60,786 nt of DNA from a virus (lineage: Duplodnaviria > Caudoviricetes). The notes beneath the pieces were generated by a model. It was given only the letters and a program-made list of their open reading frames with translations, searched no databases and was not told the origin of the DNA. Shown in pieces: positions 1 to 8,268 of the stretch. How positions within the stretch are numbered: position 1 is the stretch's first letter; each line of letters starts with the position of its first letter. The position numbers and the translations under genes are program-made. The stretch spans positions 1 to 60,786 of the IMG/VR virus record IMGVR_UViG_3300034062_002901; one strand, given 5' to 3'.

Positions 1-127
1 TTCGCGAGCTGTCAGATGTCTACTTGGCCGTGCAGATCAGGAACAGGAACGCGTTGGATCAGGTTCGCAAGGGTTTGGCCCTGAGGGAAGACATCGACAT
101 GCTGATTGGGGCATTCAACATTACCGA
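1..127. repeat. 127-bp terminal overlap identical to 60660-60786 (circular assembly overlap)
   Basis: Base-for-base identity of both ends; a reading frame runs through the junction. Confidence 0.95.
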
Positions 128-407
128 GGCCTTGGCCATGAGAGGCATGGGCCACGACTGGGTGGAGGAAATCAGGCAGGGACAAGACGCGTTGCTGGAG
201 CTCTCCCGCAGAGGCGTCGCACGGGGCATGCGGTTCATCATGACAGCCGAGCAGTGGGAATCGTTGAAGCTGGTCATGGATTTGCATGAGGAACAGCTGG
301 CGCATGCAACTGTTCACGACATCGAGAAGGCGCACGACTTTGTGCTGGCGGCTCTTCGCCAAGGCAAGGCACGTGCAATTGTTCAAACTAGAAAGGAAGA
401 AGCATGA
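1..407 (+). CDS. Hypothetical phage protein, 3' part of the ORF starting at 60581
   Basis: Open frame; its stop overlaps the next ATG (ATGA). Confidence 0.75.
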   Translation, partial: RELSDVYLAVQIRNRNALDQVRKGLALREDIDMLIGAFNITEALAMRGMGHDWVEEIRQGQDALLELSRRGVARGMRFIMTAEQWESLKLVMDLHEEQLAHATVHDIEKAHDFVLAALRQGKARAIVQTRKEEA

Positions 408-634
408 AAATTGAAGCTACCGCCCTTGAGGTTCAAGTGGCGGGCAACCATTACAAGGACATGGCCATCCAGCCTGTGCAGTTCATCCACGCCAACGGCA
501 TCGGCTACTTTGAGGGCAACGTCATCAAGTACGTCAGCCGCTGGCGCAGCAAGGGTGGCGTCGCTGACCTTGAAAAAGCCAAGCACTACATTGACCTGCT
601 TATAGAGCTGGAGAAAAAGTCTGAAAGTTTTTAA
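404..634 (+). CDS. DUF3310 (SaV-like) domain protein
   Basis: QVAGNHY...QP..FI......YFEGNVIKYVSRWRSKGG..DLEKAKHY signature. Confidence 0.85.
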   Translation: MKIEATALEVQVAGNHYKDMAIQPVQFIHANGIGYFEGNVIKYVSRWRSKGGVADLEKAKHYIDLLIELEKKSESF

Positions 635-640
635 AAGTAC

Positions 641-707
641 TTGACAAGTACTTCAAGTTATCTGTTAAAATCAACTTGTCAATCCTGACAACATAGAAAG
701 AGAGAAA
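641..707 (+). promoter_or_regulatory. Sigma70-like promoter (TTGACA 641, TAAAAT 666) with inverted copy ACTTGTCAA (674-682) and TAGAAAGAGAGAAA RBS-like motif
   Basis: Same TTGACAAGT and TAGAAAG motifs as at 6701, 7405 and 8187; spacer is long (19 bp). Confidence 0.65.
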
Positions 708-711
708 TAGC

Positions 712-912
712 ATGGTCGAAAAAGACATCACGGTTACGGTGTACACAGAGACTGACTTTTGCATTCACCTTGACGAATGGGACAGCGGTGGTCTTTGGCT
801 TTCGCTGCGTAACGGCCGCTCAAGCATTTACACGCCCTTGACGCGCAAAGAGGCCCAGCAGCTGTTAGCGGGGCTGCAATCCATCTTGGCTAGGGACGAG
901 GTGGCAGCATGA
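712..912 (+). CDS. Hypothetical protein
   Basis: ORF directly after promoter/RBS motif; coupled to the next gene. Confidence 0.75.
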   Translation: MVEKDITVTVYTETDFCIHLDEWDSGGLWLSLRNGRSSIYTPLTRKEAQQLLAGLQSILARDEVAA

Positions 913-1229
913 GCATGAACACCCCGTTCCACCTGCGTCAGCGGGAGTTCAATGCGTTCAACGCCGGGAACCCCCAAGTCTGGGAATACTTTGAGCGCTT
1001 CACGCTCGAAGCCGTCAACGCCGGCCGCAGGAAGATCAGCCACTGGCTCATCATCAACCGCATCCGCTGGGAGGTGGCGATGAAGACCACCGGCAGCGAC
1101 TTCAGGATTTGCAACAACCACATTGCGTTCTACGCGCGCTTGTTTGTCAAGGTGCACCCGCAGTACCGGTTCATCTTCAATCTAAAGCGCATGGAAGACG
1201 AGCCATGGCACGGGGACATGCCGCTATGA
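909..1229 (+). CDS. Hypothetical phage protein
   Basis: ATGA-coupled ORF, 106 aa. Confidence 0.75.
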   Translation: MSMNTPFHLRQREFNAFNAGNPQVWEYFERFTLEAVNAGRRKISHWLIINRIRWEVAMKTTGSDFRICNNHIAFYARLFVKVHPQYRFIFNLKRMEDEPWHGDMPL

Positions 1230-1894
1230 GGGTTGTAAAAATAACAAAAACCATTGCGGATAATTTTGTGACTCAAAAACACTACAGCCGACGCGCCTCT
1301 ATTTTTTGGGCCGGGTTTGGTCTTGAAGAAGAAGGTCAAATCACGGGCGTTGCCGTTTATGGCCAGCCGTCTCCGCCAATCCAAAAGCATGCGTTTAAAG
1401 AGCGTGACTTTAGGCTCTATGAATTATCCCGTGTAGTCGTGCAGTCAAGGACTAAAAATGCAGCCAGTTTTTTGGTAGCCAATAGTCTAAAGCTGTTAGA
1501 GCCAAAGCCCTGTGCGGTCATCAGTTACGCTGACATGGAGCAGAACCATTGCGGGATTATTTATCAGGCGACCAACTGGCTGTATACGGGCGCAACAAAA
1601 AGTCACGACAAGGCTTACATAGTTGATGGAAAACGAGTCCATCCAATGACGCTACGGGACAGGGGGATAACCGACCCTACTCGATGGGCAAAGGAAAACG
1701 GCATTGAGATGGTGCCTCCAGCCCCAAAGCATCGTTACTTTCAGTTTGTTGGGGATAGGCGTCAGCGGAGAACTATGCTGGCTATGTTGAAGTATCCGGT
1801 GTCTGGTTCGTATCCTAAGTGCGATCAGCAGAGGTACGATGACGGCCCTATTCTGCTTGTGAAAACAGGCCCAGTAGAGGGTGTCTTGCTATGA
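1226..1894 (+). CDS. Mom-like (GNAT-fold) DNA modification protein
   Basis: KHYS...GVAVYG.P...YELSR.......NAASFLV...L.......ISYAD..Q.H.G.IYQATNWLYTG motif series typical of the Mom family; start moved to ATG 1226, which overlaps the upstream stop. Confidence 0.75.
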   Translation: MRVVKITKTIADNFVTQKHYSRRASIFWAGFGLEEEGQITGVAVYGQPSPPIQKHAFKERDFRLYELSRVVVQSRTKNAASFLVANSLKLLEPKPCAVISYADMEQNHCGIIYQATNWLYTGATKSHDKAYIVDGKRVHPMTLRDRGITDPTRWAKENGIEMVPPAPKHRYFQFVGDRRQRRTMLAMLKYPVSGSYPKCDQQRYDDGPILLVKTGPVEGVLL

Positions 1895-2562
1895 ATCTCT
1901 TGATCCAACAAATGGCCAGCCTTGAGCCAAAAGAAGCCCTTAACTACCAGTGGTTTGACATGACGCCGGTATATAAGGCGGAGCAGACCGTTGACGGCAG
2001 CATTTTAGAGAGGCCTTTGCCTTATCCACTCACAGCGCTGGTATGTGCTTATGAGGACAAGAAGGTGCTTTTGCTGATCAACCGGGTAAAAGCGGTTACT
2101 GGAGTAGTCGGCGGGCAGCTGGACAAAAAATCCTACAGGCTCATTACAACCTTTACCTACACCGTGGATGAGGAAGGCATTAAGTGCCGTCACTTAGACG
2201 GCACTCATTTTGACTATCGAACCAGCCCTGCAACAGGGGTAATTGCCTTCATTGCCACGTTTCTTGAGTCCATAGACACGCAGCCCGCTGTGGGCTACAT
2301 CCCTGCCAAACGCGCCAACTGGGAAAAGAAAATCCGCCAGGGAAAGGCGCCGACTTACGACTGGACCACGGTGGTAATTGAACCCCGCAAACCACGGTCC
2401 GAGGACCATGGCGGCACGCATGCGAGCCCGCGCTGGCACGAGCGCCGTGGGCATTGGAGAACCTTTAAGTCGGGCAGGCAGGTGTGGGTGAAGAACTGCG
2501 CAGTTGGGGACAAATCCATGGGTGCAGTTTTTCATGATTACCAAATTAAGGAATCTATATGA
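1891..2562 (+). CDS. Hypothetical phage protein with C-terminal GGTHASPRWHERRGHWR motif
   Basis: Coupled ORF, 223 aa. Confidence 0.75.
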   Translation: MNLLIQQMASLEPKEALNYQWFDMTPVYKAEQTVDGSILERPLPYPLTALVCAYEDKKVLLLINRVKAVTGVVGGQLDKKSYRLITTFTYTVDEEGIKCRHLDGTHFDYRTSPATGVIAFIATFLESIDTQPAVGYIPAKRANWEKKIRQGKAPTYDWTTVVIEPRKPRSEDHGGTHASPRWHERRGHWRTFKSGRQVWVKNCAVGDKSMGAVFHDYQIKESI

Positions 2563-2816
2563 GATCACATCCTATGACTGAGTTTGAATCCACCGTTTGC
2601 GGCATCCCATGCAAAATTTGCATAACGTCATGGGAGCCCTATCAGGCCGCCATCCTGCGCGCCGACCCCGACGACAGCCACCCGCCCGAAGGCGGGCAAG
2701 GGGAGTGGGAAATCTGCGACCTCAAAGGCAGGCCCGCACCATGGCTCGAGGCCAAGCTGACCGACAAAGAGCGTATCCGCATCGATCAAAAAGTTTTTGA
2801 ACACATGGAGAATTAA
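2559..2816 (+). CDS. Hypothetical protein
   Basis: AAGGA RBS; ATGA coupling. Confidence 0.7.
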   Translation: MRSHPMTEFESTVCGIPCKICITSWEPYQAAILRADPDDSHPPEGGQGEWEICDLKGRPAPWLEAKLTDKERIRIDQKVFEHMEN

Positions 2817-2817
2817 C

Positions 2818-3036
2818 ATGGCCAAACAATACATCCGCCGCACATTCAACGAAGTGGCCGACGAGGCCTACGAACAGGGCTTTTCCAAAGGCGTAATCGT
2901 CGGCACGCACCGCCAAAAGGCAGACCTAGACCGCATGCACGAAGAGCTCGAGGCCCTGAAATCCACCGTGGCCAACATGTCCCTGAGCAAGCTGGCCTGG
3001 TCACGGCTCACGGGCCTGTTCAGGGGGCAGTCATGA
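2818..3036 (+). CDS. Hypothetical protein
   Basis: GGAG RBS upstream of ATG 2818. Confidence 0.65.
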   Translation: MAKQYIRRTFNEVADEAYEQGFSKGVIVGTHRQKADLDRMHEELEALKSTVANMSLSKLAWSRLTGLFRGQS

Positions 3037-3353
3037 CCTTTAATCACTGGTGGCAACAATTGACCAAAGCAGAACAGAAAATAATCGGCGAAGGAGCCGC
3101 TAGGTTTGTCTGGGAAGAATGCCAAAAGCACACCCTCATGACTATTGAGGATGCGTGCAAGGCCCAAGTGGCCTACGACGAAGGGTTCAGGCAGGGCCAA
3201 GCACGGTACACGGTTCAGATCAGTGGCTGGCGTCTTTCCCCGGGCATTCAGCCGGGCATGATCTGGATTGCTGACGGCGGTGGCGAAGGCGGTGACTTTC
3301 ACATCCACGAGCTGGCCGAGGTCATCGGCAAGTTCTATCAAGAAAAATTCTAA
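3033..3353 (+). CDS. Hypothetical protein
   Basis: ATGA-coupled ORF. Confidence 0.7.
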   Translation: MTFNHWWQQLTKAEQKIIGEGAARFVWEECQKHTLMTIEDACKAQVAYDEGFRQGQARYTVQISGWRLSPGIQPGMIWIADGGGEGGDFHIHELAEVIGKFYQEKF

Positions 3354-3368
3354 CGAGGGCTGTTTAAT

Positions 3369-3575
3369 ATGAATATTTACACCGAACTTAAAGCCATGTT
3401 CAAGATGCCTTCCCCCATTGAGGTGGCAGCAGCGCAGCTTGCGACAGCGGAGTTGGAGCTACTCAAAGCCGAGACTGGAGTGGAGTACGCATCGGCGCTG
3501 GTGACGTTCAACAAGGCGCAGATCAAACGCCTGAAGGCATACATTGCAGCGAAGGCTGAAGAGGTGACGGAATGA
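3369..3575 (+). CDS. Hypothetical helical protein
   Basis: ORF in a tightly packed run. Confidence 0.7.
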   Translation: MNIYTELKAMFKMPSPIEVAAAQLATAELELLKAETGVEYASALVTFNKAQIKRLKAYIAAKAEEVTE

Positions 3576-3784
3576 CTAGGATGTGTGACGGAGCTTCAGG
3601 TATCAAGCCATGTCCTCATCCCAACAACTGCACTGTGAACTGCGAGTTCAACGACGCAGAACTACCAGAAGTTCATTGGAGCGGCATCCAGAGGCAGCTT
3701 GTCTGGGCTACATGGGCGTTCGTGGGGGTTGTGCTGTTTGGCCTGATGTTGGGCTTGGCATACGTGATCGGGAGGTTGCTATGA
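3572..3784 (+). CDS. Small Cys-rich membrane protein
   Basis: C-terminal hydrophobic helix; coupled start. Confidence 0.65.
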   Translation: MTRMCDGASGIKPCPHPNNCTVNCEFNDAELPEVHWSGIQRQLVWATWAFVGVVLFGLMLGLAYVIGRLL

Positions 3785-3927
3785 CTAAAGAACAAATGCT
3801 TCAAATCATCAAACTGCTGGCCGCGCTGGAGTCGTGGGGTTTTGCGGAAAAGAACAGTCTGCCTGAGTACTTGCACGACCAGATTGATGAGTCGATCAAG
3901 GCGCTGACTAAGGAGTTGTTGAAATGA
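3781..3927 (+). CDS. Hypothetical protein (MTKEQMLQII...)
   Basis: GGAGG RBS; ATGA coupling at both ends. Confidence 0.65.
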   Translation: MTKEQMLQIIKLLAALESWGFAEKNSLPEYLHDQIDESIKALTKELLK

Positions 3928-4280
3928 CTAAAGACAACAGCACAGGAAAGAACAAAGATTTCTACGACCTGGGCAAGAAGATGTTTGACCGGATACAACC
4001 CATTACCCGAGCCGTTCCTCAGATTCCTCAAAAGCATTCCTCAAAACACATGACGGTATTTGAACTGATTGAGGCCAATGGCCTGACGCTGCATGGTGAC
4101 ATCGAGCACTTTGCCGAGCTTGTACGTGTTGATGAGCGTGAGGCGTGTGCGCAAATGCTAGAAGCGGCTGCAAAAGTTCTTCAGCAATGCCAAGACGAAC
4201 TGACCCACCCACTATCAGAAGCCTTTGCGTTTAAGTTTGCCCGTGCCATCGAAGCCAAGTTAAAGGATAAGAACACATGA
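3924..4280 (+). CDS. Hypothetical protein
   Basis: AAGGAG RBS; coupled. Confidence 0.7.
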   Translation: MTKDNSTGKNKDFYDLGKKMFDRIQPITRAVPQIPQKHSSKHMTVFELIEANGLTLHGDIEHFAELVRVDEREACAQMLEAAAKVLQQCQDELTHPLSEAFAFKFARAIEAKLKDKNT

Positions 4281-4522
4281 GCAGAATGTGCGACGGCGCT
4301 GCCGGTAGCAAGCCAGCGCTGTTTGATACGCTAATGGTTCAAGTGATTTGCCTGACCATCGACGATAAACAGGTGATTTGCATCGCGCCCGTGGTACACG
4401 CGCCAGACCTCGGCATCCGCGCAGGCAAAGTTCAAGCCATTGAATTCGGAGAGCTCATGCCCGCGTCCCTCGCCGCCAAGCTCTTCCAAGGCCCCACATC
4501 GGACGAGGAAGACAGGCACTGA
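4277..4522 (+). CDS. Hypothetical protein
   Basis: AAGGA RBS; coupled. Confidence 0.65.
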   Translation: MSRMCDGAAGSKPALFDTLMVQVICLTIDDKQVICIAPVVHAPDLGIRAGKVQAIEFGELMPASLAAKLFQGPTSDEEDRH

Positions 4523-4530
4523 AAGAGGGA

Positions 4531-4842
4531 TCAGCGGCCCGGACCGTCCACACGGTCCGTCTCTTCCAGGTTTTCCAAACGAATGTCCGTACGATCCCCG
4601 TTGACAAAGCGCAACCGGTTCTCGGGCCAATACCCCATGCACAAGTACCAAGAGACCTTGGCAGCAAGGTAGGAGACGCCCTCAAAGCGCACGCGCAACT
4701 CCGGATTGGCGGCAGTGGTCTCAGTGCCCGCAAACTCACCCCGCAGCCGGCCATGGCGCCAAATCAACGCGCCGTTGCCCCCGCCATGGTAGTTCAGCAT
4801 CTCACGCATGTAAGTCAACGTGCTAGGATCAGGGGTGCTCAT
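4531..4842 (-). CDS. Degenerate HNH-endonuclease-like protein
   Basis: LNY...G.LIW...AG...RVRFEG.SY.AAKV.W....G.WP...LRFVNGDRTDIRLENL follows the phage HNH pattern, but the DH and N catalytic positions are replaced. Confidence 0.6.
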   Translation of the reverse strand: MSTPDPSTLTYMREMLNYHGGGNGALIWRHGRLRGEFAGTETTAANPELRVRFEGVSYLAAKVSWYLCMGYWPENRLRFVNGDRTDIRLENLEETDRVDGPGR

Positions 4843-5034
4843 GGCGTCGTTCCTTGTTCAACGATGTGGTGGGAAGTGAAGCCTCAGTGTGTCGAGCACT
4901 GGGGCTTTGCGCATTTTAAAGGCAAAAAGGAGGAAGAGGCAAGGATCACGGATCACGGGGCTTACGTTTTAGCTGTTTTATATACCTTTTTCTCAAGATT
5001 TGTTTCGTTTAACAGCTAGTTAAGAATGAGATAT

Positions 5035-5114
5035 TGGTGTAATGGTGTAATAACTTAATGAAATCAATAGGTTACGAGTGATTACAGTGTTTTTAAGAAG
5101 TGTAATGGTGTAAT
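5035..5114. promoter_or_regulatory. AT-rich origin-like element: 15-bp direct repeats GTGTAATGGTGTAAT (5037-5051, 5100-5114) flanking an IHF-consensus site (5062-5074)
   Basis: Repeats seen directly; AATCAAtaggTTA matches WATCAANNNNTTR. Confidence 0.55.
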
Positions 5115-5250
5115 TTACCTAAAATGCGCGCGCGACTTATTTACTGCTGCTGAACGAAATAGATGTTGGAAATAATCCTACTGAAACGATGAATTTGAAC
5201 CGGGAGGGTCTGCGGTTGCGTTGCTTGTGGGTTTGTTGCACAATGTGTCC

Positions 5251-5469
5251 ATGAACATCGAAAAAAATATCCCCCTGCCCGGCGGCGTTGACCCCAGAGA
5301 GCGCTATCCATTTCCCGAAATGGCTGTTGGCGACAGTTTTATGGTCTTGGACGCTACATGGATCAAGAACTTGCGCAGCGCCGCCTACATGTACTCTAGG
5401 CGCCACCTCGGCGTGCGGTTCACCTGCCGTAGGCATGGGGAGGGCTGGCGCCTTTGGAGGGTCTCCTGA
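5251..5469 (+). CDS. Small putative DNA-binding protein
   Basis: IEKNIPLP....RYPF..M.VGDSF pattern common in phage proteins; function inferred. Confidence 0.65.
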   Translation: MNIEKNIPLPGGVDPRERYPFPEMAVGDSFMVLDATWIKNLRSAAYMYSRRHLGVRFTCRRHGEGWRLWRVS

Positions 5470-6143
5470 TGGGCTCGTTCAAAGATGACAGATTTTTGGC
5501 CGGCAAGAAGCTGGGCGGAATAGACTCACGGGTAGAGGCCCGCCTGGCCGTCCAAGTCAAGCCCTACAAACCCAAAGTCCTGACGCCCCAAGAGTGGAAG
5601 TTTGTAGAGGAGTTTTGCGCGGGCGATGGCCATGTCACCCTGAAAGAGGCTGCTCTGCGCGCGGCGTATAGCGAGGCATGGGCAAAGAATCGGGCACGGG
5701 AGCTGACGGACCCAGAAAAAAACCCGCACATTGTGGTCGCAATTCAAGAGCGCCGGCGCGAACTGGGGGAGAAGTACGGCACCACGTTTGAGCGGCATAT
5801 GCGCGATCTCCAAGTCATCCGTGACCAAGCGCTGCAGTCCGGCGCATACGGCGCGGCCGTTCAGGCTGAATATCGGCGCGGGCAAGCCTTGGGCACGATT
5901 TATATTGAGCGCAAGGAAATTCGCCACGGCACGATTGACAGCATGAGCAAAGAAGAAGTGCAGCGCAAGCTCGAAGAGATCAAACGCCTGTATGGAGGCA
6001 GTGCTGGGCCAGTAATTGACGTCACCCCCAGACAGCTTAAAGAAGAACCGGAAGAGGACGAAGACCATGGCGTTGAAACCCGAAGCGAACCTGTACAAAC
6101 GCCTGAAAGAAAATCTCCCAAATTGCCATTTCACCCGAATTGA
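5469..6143 (+). CDS. terS: Terminase small subunit
   Basis: LTPQEWKFVEEF......T..EAALRAAYS HTH-like N-terminus; AAVQAEYRRG.ALG.IYI C-terminal motif. Confidence 0.7.
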   Translation: MGSFKDDRFLAGKKLGGIDSRVEARLAVQVKPYKPKVLTPQEWKFVEEFCAGDGHVTLKEAALRAAYSEAWAKNRARELTDPEKNPHIVVAIQERRRELGEKYGTTFERHMRDLQVIRDQALQSGAYGAAVQAEYRRGQALGTIYIERKEIRHGTIDSMSKEEVQRKLEEIKRLYGGSAGPVIDVTPRQLKEEPEEDEDHGVETRSEPVQTPERKSPKLPFHPN

Positions 6144-6486
6144 GTCTCGGGTTAACCTAGGCATTCCCGACTGCCTGCTGGCATTCCCCCATGGCGAGTT
6201 TGTCATGGTCGAATTGAAGGTCGTCAAACGCGGGCGCAAAATCAATCTGTCACCGCACCAAGTGGCCTTTCACATCAAGCATTCCGATTTGCGCTGCCCG
6301 ACCTACGTCTTGGTTCAGTACCAACCCGCCGGGACCGCTCATGCCAGCAAGTCCGAGCTGCTGCTTTATTGTGGCGAGCAAGCCGTCGACTTGGTGAACC
6401 TGGGCGTCGACACCCCTGCCTTGGCCCGTTGGCCGTGGACGGCCATATCATGGGCCGAGCTGAGAAATAAAATGCTACGTGGTTGA
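6067..6486 (+). CDS. VRR-NUC / Holliday junction resolvase-like PD-(D/E)XK nuclease
   Basis: E..L...RIES....GIPD.......FVMVELK......LSPHQVAF motif. Confidence 0.75.
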   Translation: MALKPEANLYKRLKENLPNCHFTRIESRVNLGIPDCLLAFPHGEFVMVELKVVKRGRKINLSPHQVAFHIKHSDLRCPTYVLVQYQPAGTAHASKSELLLYCGEQAVDLVNLGVDTPALARWPWTAISWAELRNKMLRG

Positions 6487-6557
6487 GTTGTAGATAACGG
6501 TGTGCTAGGATTACAAACACCTGGATGTCCCGGGCAACCTTAGAAAGAGAGAAAGCT

Positions 6558-6704
6558 ATGCGAACGAGCGACCGAGAACGGCTGGCCGAAGCCCGGCAGC
6601 GACTGCATAAACACGCCCCACCCAAGACCCCTACCGACCACAAGCCCATGGCGATCAAATTATTTTTTTGGTGGTTGTTGCATAAAATCACCGGGGGTAG
6701 TTGA
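6558..6704 (+). CDS. 48-aa protein absent from the ORF track (MRTSDRERLAEARQRL...FFWWLLHKITGGS)
   Basis: ATG directly after TAGAAAGAGAGAAAG motif (6541-6555); translated by hand. Confidence 0.6.
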   Translation: MRTSDRERLAEARQRLHKHAPPKTPTDHKPMAIKLFFWWLLHKITGGS

Positions 6705-6780
6705 CAAGTTGATAAAAGTAGGTTTACAATTTAATTAGGCCAAGCGATCCGCGAAGCCCCAACCCTAGAAAGAGAGAAAG
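6701..6780 (+). promoter_or_regulatory. Early-type promoter TTGACA-N18-TACAAT plus TAGAAAGAGAGAAAG RBS motif
   Basis: Near-consensus -35/-10; repeated motif. Confidence 0.75.
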
Positions 6781-6782
6781 AC

Positions 6783-7118
6783 ATGGAACTGAACACACTC
6801 ATGCAGGCCTTGGCCAAAGATTTGGCCGAACAAATGCGCCCCATGGTGCGCGACATGATCCGGGCCGAACTGGTCACCGGTCAAGTGGACCCGGCCGCAA
6901 TTGCCGAAAATATCGACCTGAAAAAACTGGCCGAGCATATTGACATCTCGACGCTGGCGGCCGAGCTGACCGAGGGCCAATTAAATGATATCTCGGGCTA
7001 CATCGACCTGGCCATCTTGGCGGGCGAGCTTGACGCGGAGGGCATCGCGAAAAAATTAGATGTGGCGGACGCTGTTCGGGAATTTTTTCAGGACAATACT
7101 TTTTCAATCCGGGCATAA
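6783..7118 (+). CDS. Acidic helical-repeat hypothetical protein
   Basis: Repeated (L/I)AE.ID units; follows promoter/RBS. Confidence 0.75.
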   Translation: MELNTLMQALAKDLAEQMRPMVRDMIRAELVTGQVDPAAIAENIDLKKLAEHIDISTLAAELTEGQLNDISGYIDLAILAGELDAEGIAKKLDVADAVREFFQDNTFSIRA

Positions 7119-7128
7119 GGGGCACGGT

Positions 7129-7350
7129 ATGAAACGAGAAACGAATATTGCACTTGTCGGCCGCTTGATCCATCAAGCCAGCGCCGGCCCGCTGATGCAG
7201 GCGTTCGTGCTTGAAGCCTTGCGCGATTATTCCGCCCGCATGCTGGCCACTGAAACCCCGGCCGACGCTGAATCGGGTTTTATCAGCTGGGCCGCATGGC
7301 AGGCCTGCGCTGTTGAAACCAATCAGGCCATGGCCGACCGCCTGCGGTAA
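7129..7350 (+). CDS. Hypothetical protein
   Basis: AAGGGG RBS; ends before a terminator. Confidence 0.7.
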   Translation: MKRETNIALVGRLIHQASAGPLMQAFVLEALRDYSARMLATETPADAESGFISWAAWQACAVETNQAMADRLR

Positions 7351-7369
7351 CCGCACCGGTTTTTTTAAG

Positions 7370-7393
7370 CCCGGCCGCGTGCCGGGTTTTTTT
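7370..7393 (+). terminator. Rho-independent terminator CCCGGC-cgcgt-GCCGGG-T7
   Basis: GC stem plus T tract. Confidence 0.8.
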
Positions 7394-7404
7394 CGCCTAG
7401 GGGG

Positions 7405-7485
7405 TTGACAAGTTGACTTGTTGCACTAAAATTATTTGCAGGCCAGCAATCCGCCCGGCCACTAGAAAGAAAGAAAGCGAGAAAA
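7405..7485 (+). promoter_or_regulatory. Early-type promoter TTGACA-N16-TAAAAT plus TAGAAAG RBS motif
   Basis: Consensus boxes; repeated motif. Confidence 0.7.
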
Positions 7486-7487
7486 TT

Positions 7488-8177
7488 ATGCTTAAGACTG
7501 TAAAACACTCAGGCAACAAAAAAACCGGCCCGATCGCGGTAACCTACCGCGCCGGGGGCCATAATGTTTTTGGCACGTGCCCGAAAACATGCGCATTGAA
7601 CCCCCATGGTGAACATGCAGCCGACTTGATCGACGCCGACTATCTGCAGGCCTTGCGGCATGCCGTGCCGCGTAAAGGCCAGGCCTGGACGTATTCGCAT
7701 TTTCCGGCCGAGCTGCTGCCGGCGCCGGCGCCTGGTGAGACCGTGATTAATGCGAGCTGCGACACGATCCCCCAGGCCTTGGCCGCAGTGGCCGCCGGCC
7801 GCCCGGCCGTGGTGGCCGCTCCGTCCGGGACCGTATGGCCGTACACCCTCGACGGCGTGCGCTTTGTACAGTGCCCGGCCGAGCTGGCCGAAAATTTCAG
7901 CTGCGCCCAATGCGGCAACGGCCGCCCGCTGTGTGCCCGGGGTGACCGGAATTATGTAATTGTGTTTGTCGCGCATGGTAGCGGCGCGCGCCTGGTCGGT
8001 GACGATGCCCCGGGCGGATGCTACGGTAACGGCGGCCCGGTCCGCCTGGCTTGGGAATCTACCAAAAAGACCGGCGCCCAAGATGACGGCGCCGCCCTGG
8101 CGGCTTTCGCCCGCTCGCTCCCGCCGGGTTCCCTGTTGCGGCATCATATTGTCGGTGACCTGGGCCAGGCAGCATAA
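7488..8177 (+). CDS. Cys-rich phage protein (CP..C, CPA...SC..C...LC), possibly metal-binding
   Basis: True start ATG 7488 after RBS motif (MLKTVKHSGNKKTGPI...). Confidence 0.7.
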   Translation: MLKTVKHSGNKKTGPIAVTYRAGGHNVFGTCPKTCALNPHGEHAADLIDADYLQALRHAVPRKGQAWTYSHFPAELLPAPAPGETVINASCDTIPQALAAVAAGRPAVVAAPSGTVWPYTLDGVRFVQCPAELAENFSCAQCGNGRPLCARGDRNYVIVFVAHGSGARLVGDDAPGGCYGNGGPVRLAWESTKKTGAQDDGAALAAFARSLPPGSLLRHHIVGDLGQAA

Positions 8178-8186
8178 AATAATTTG

Positions 8187-8262
8187 TTGACAAGTAGATT
8201 TTTATTAGACTAAAATTAAATCGTCGGGGGCTTTTCCTCGGCGCTAACCCTAGAAAGAGAGA
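8187..8262 (+). promoter_or_regulatory. Early-type promoter TTGACA-N18-TAAAAT plus TAGAAAGAGAGAA RBS motif
   Basis: Consensus boxes; repeated motif. Confidence 0.75.
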
Positions 8263-8268
8263 ATTATC

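Noticed and set aside
1-127. Biological direct terminal repeat
   Set aside because: The length equals a common assembler k-mer (127) and it falls mid-gene, so it is best read as a circularisation overlap
1109-1225. N-terminal extension of the Mom-like ORF
   Set aside because: Overlaps the upstream gene; the ATGA-coupled start at 1226 is more plausible
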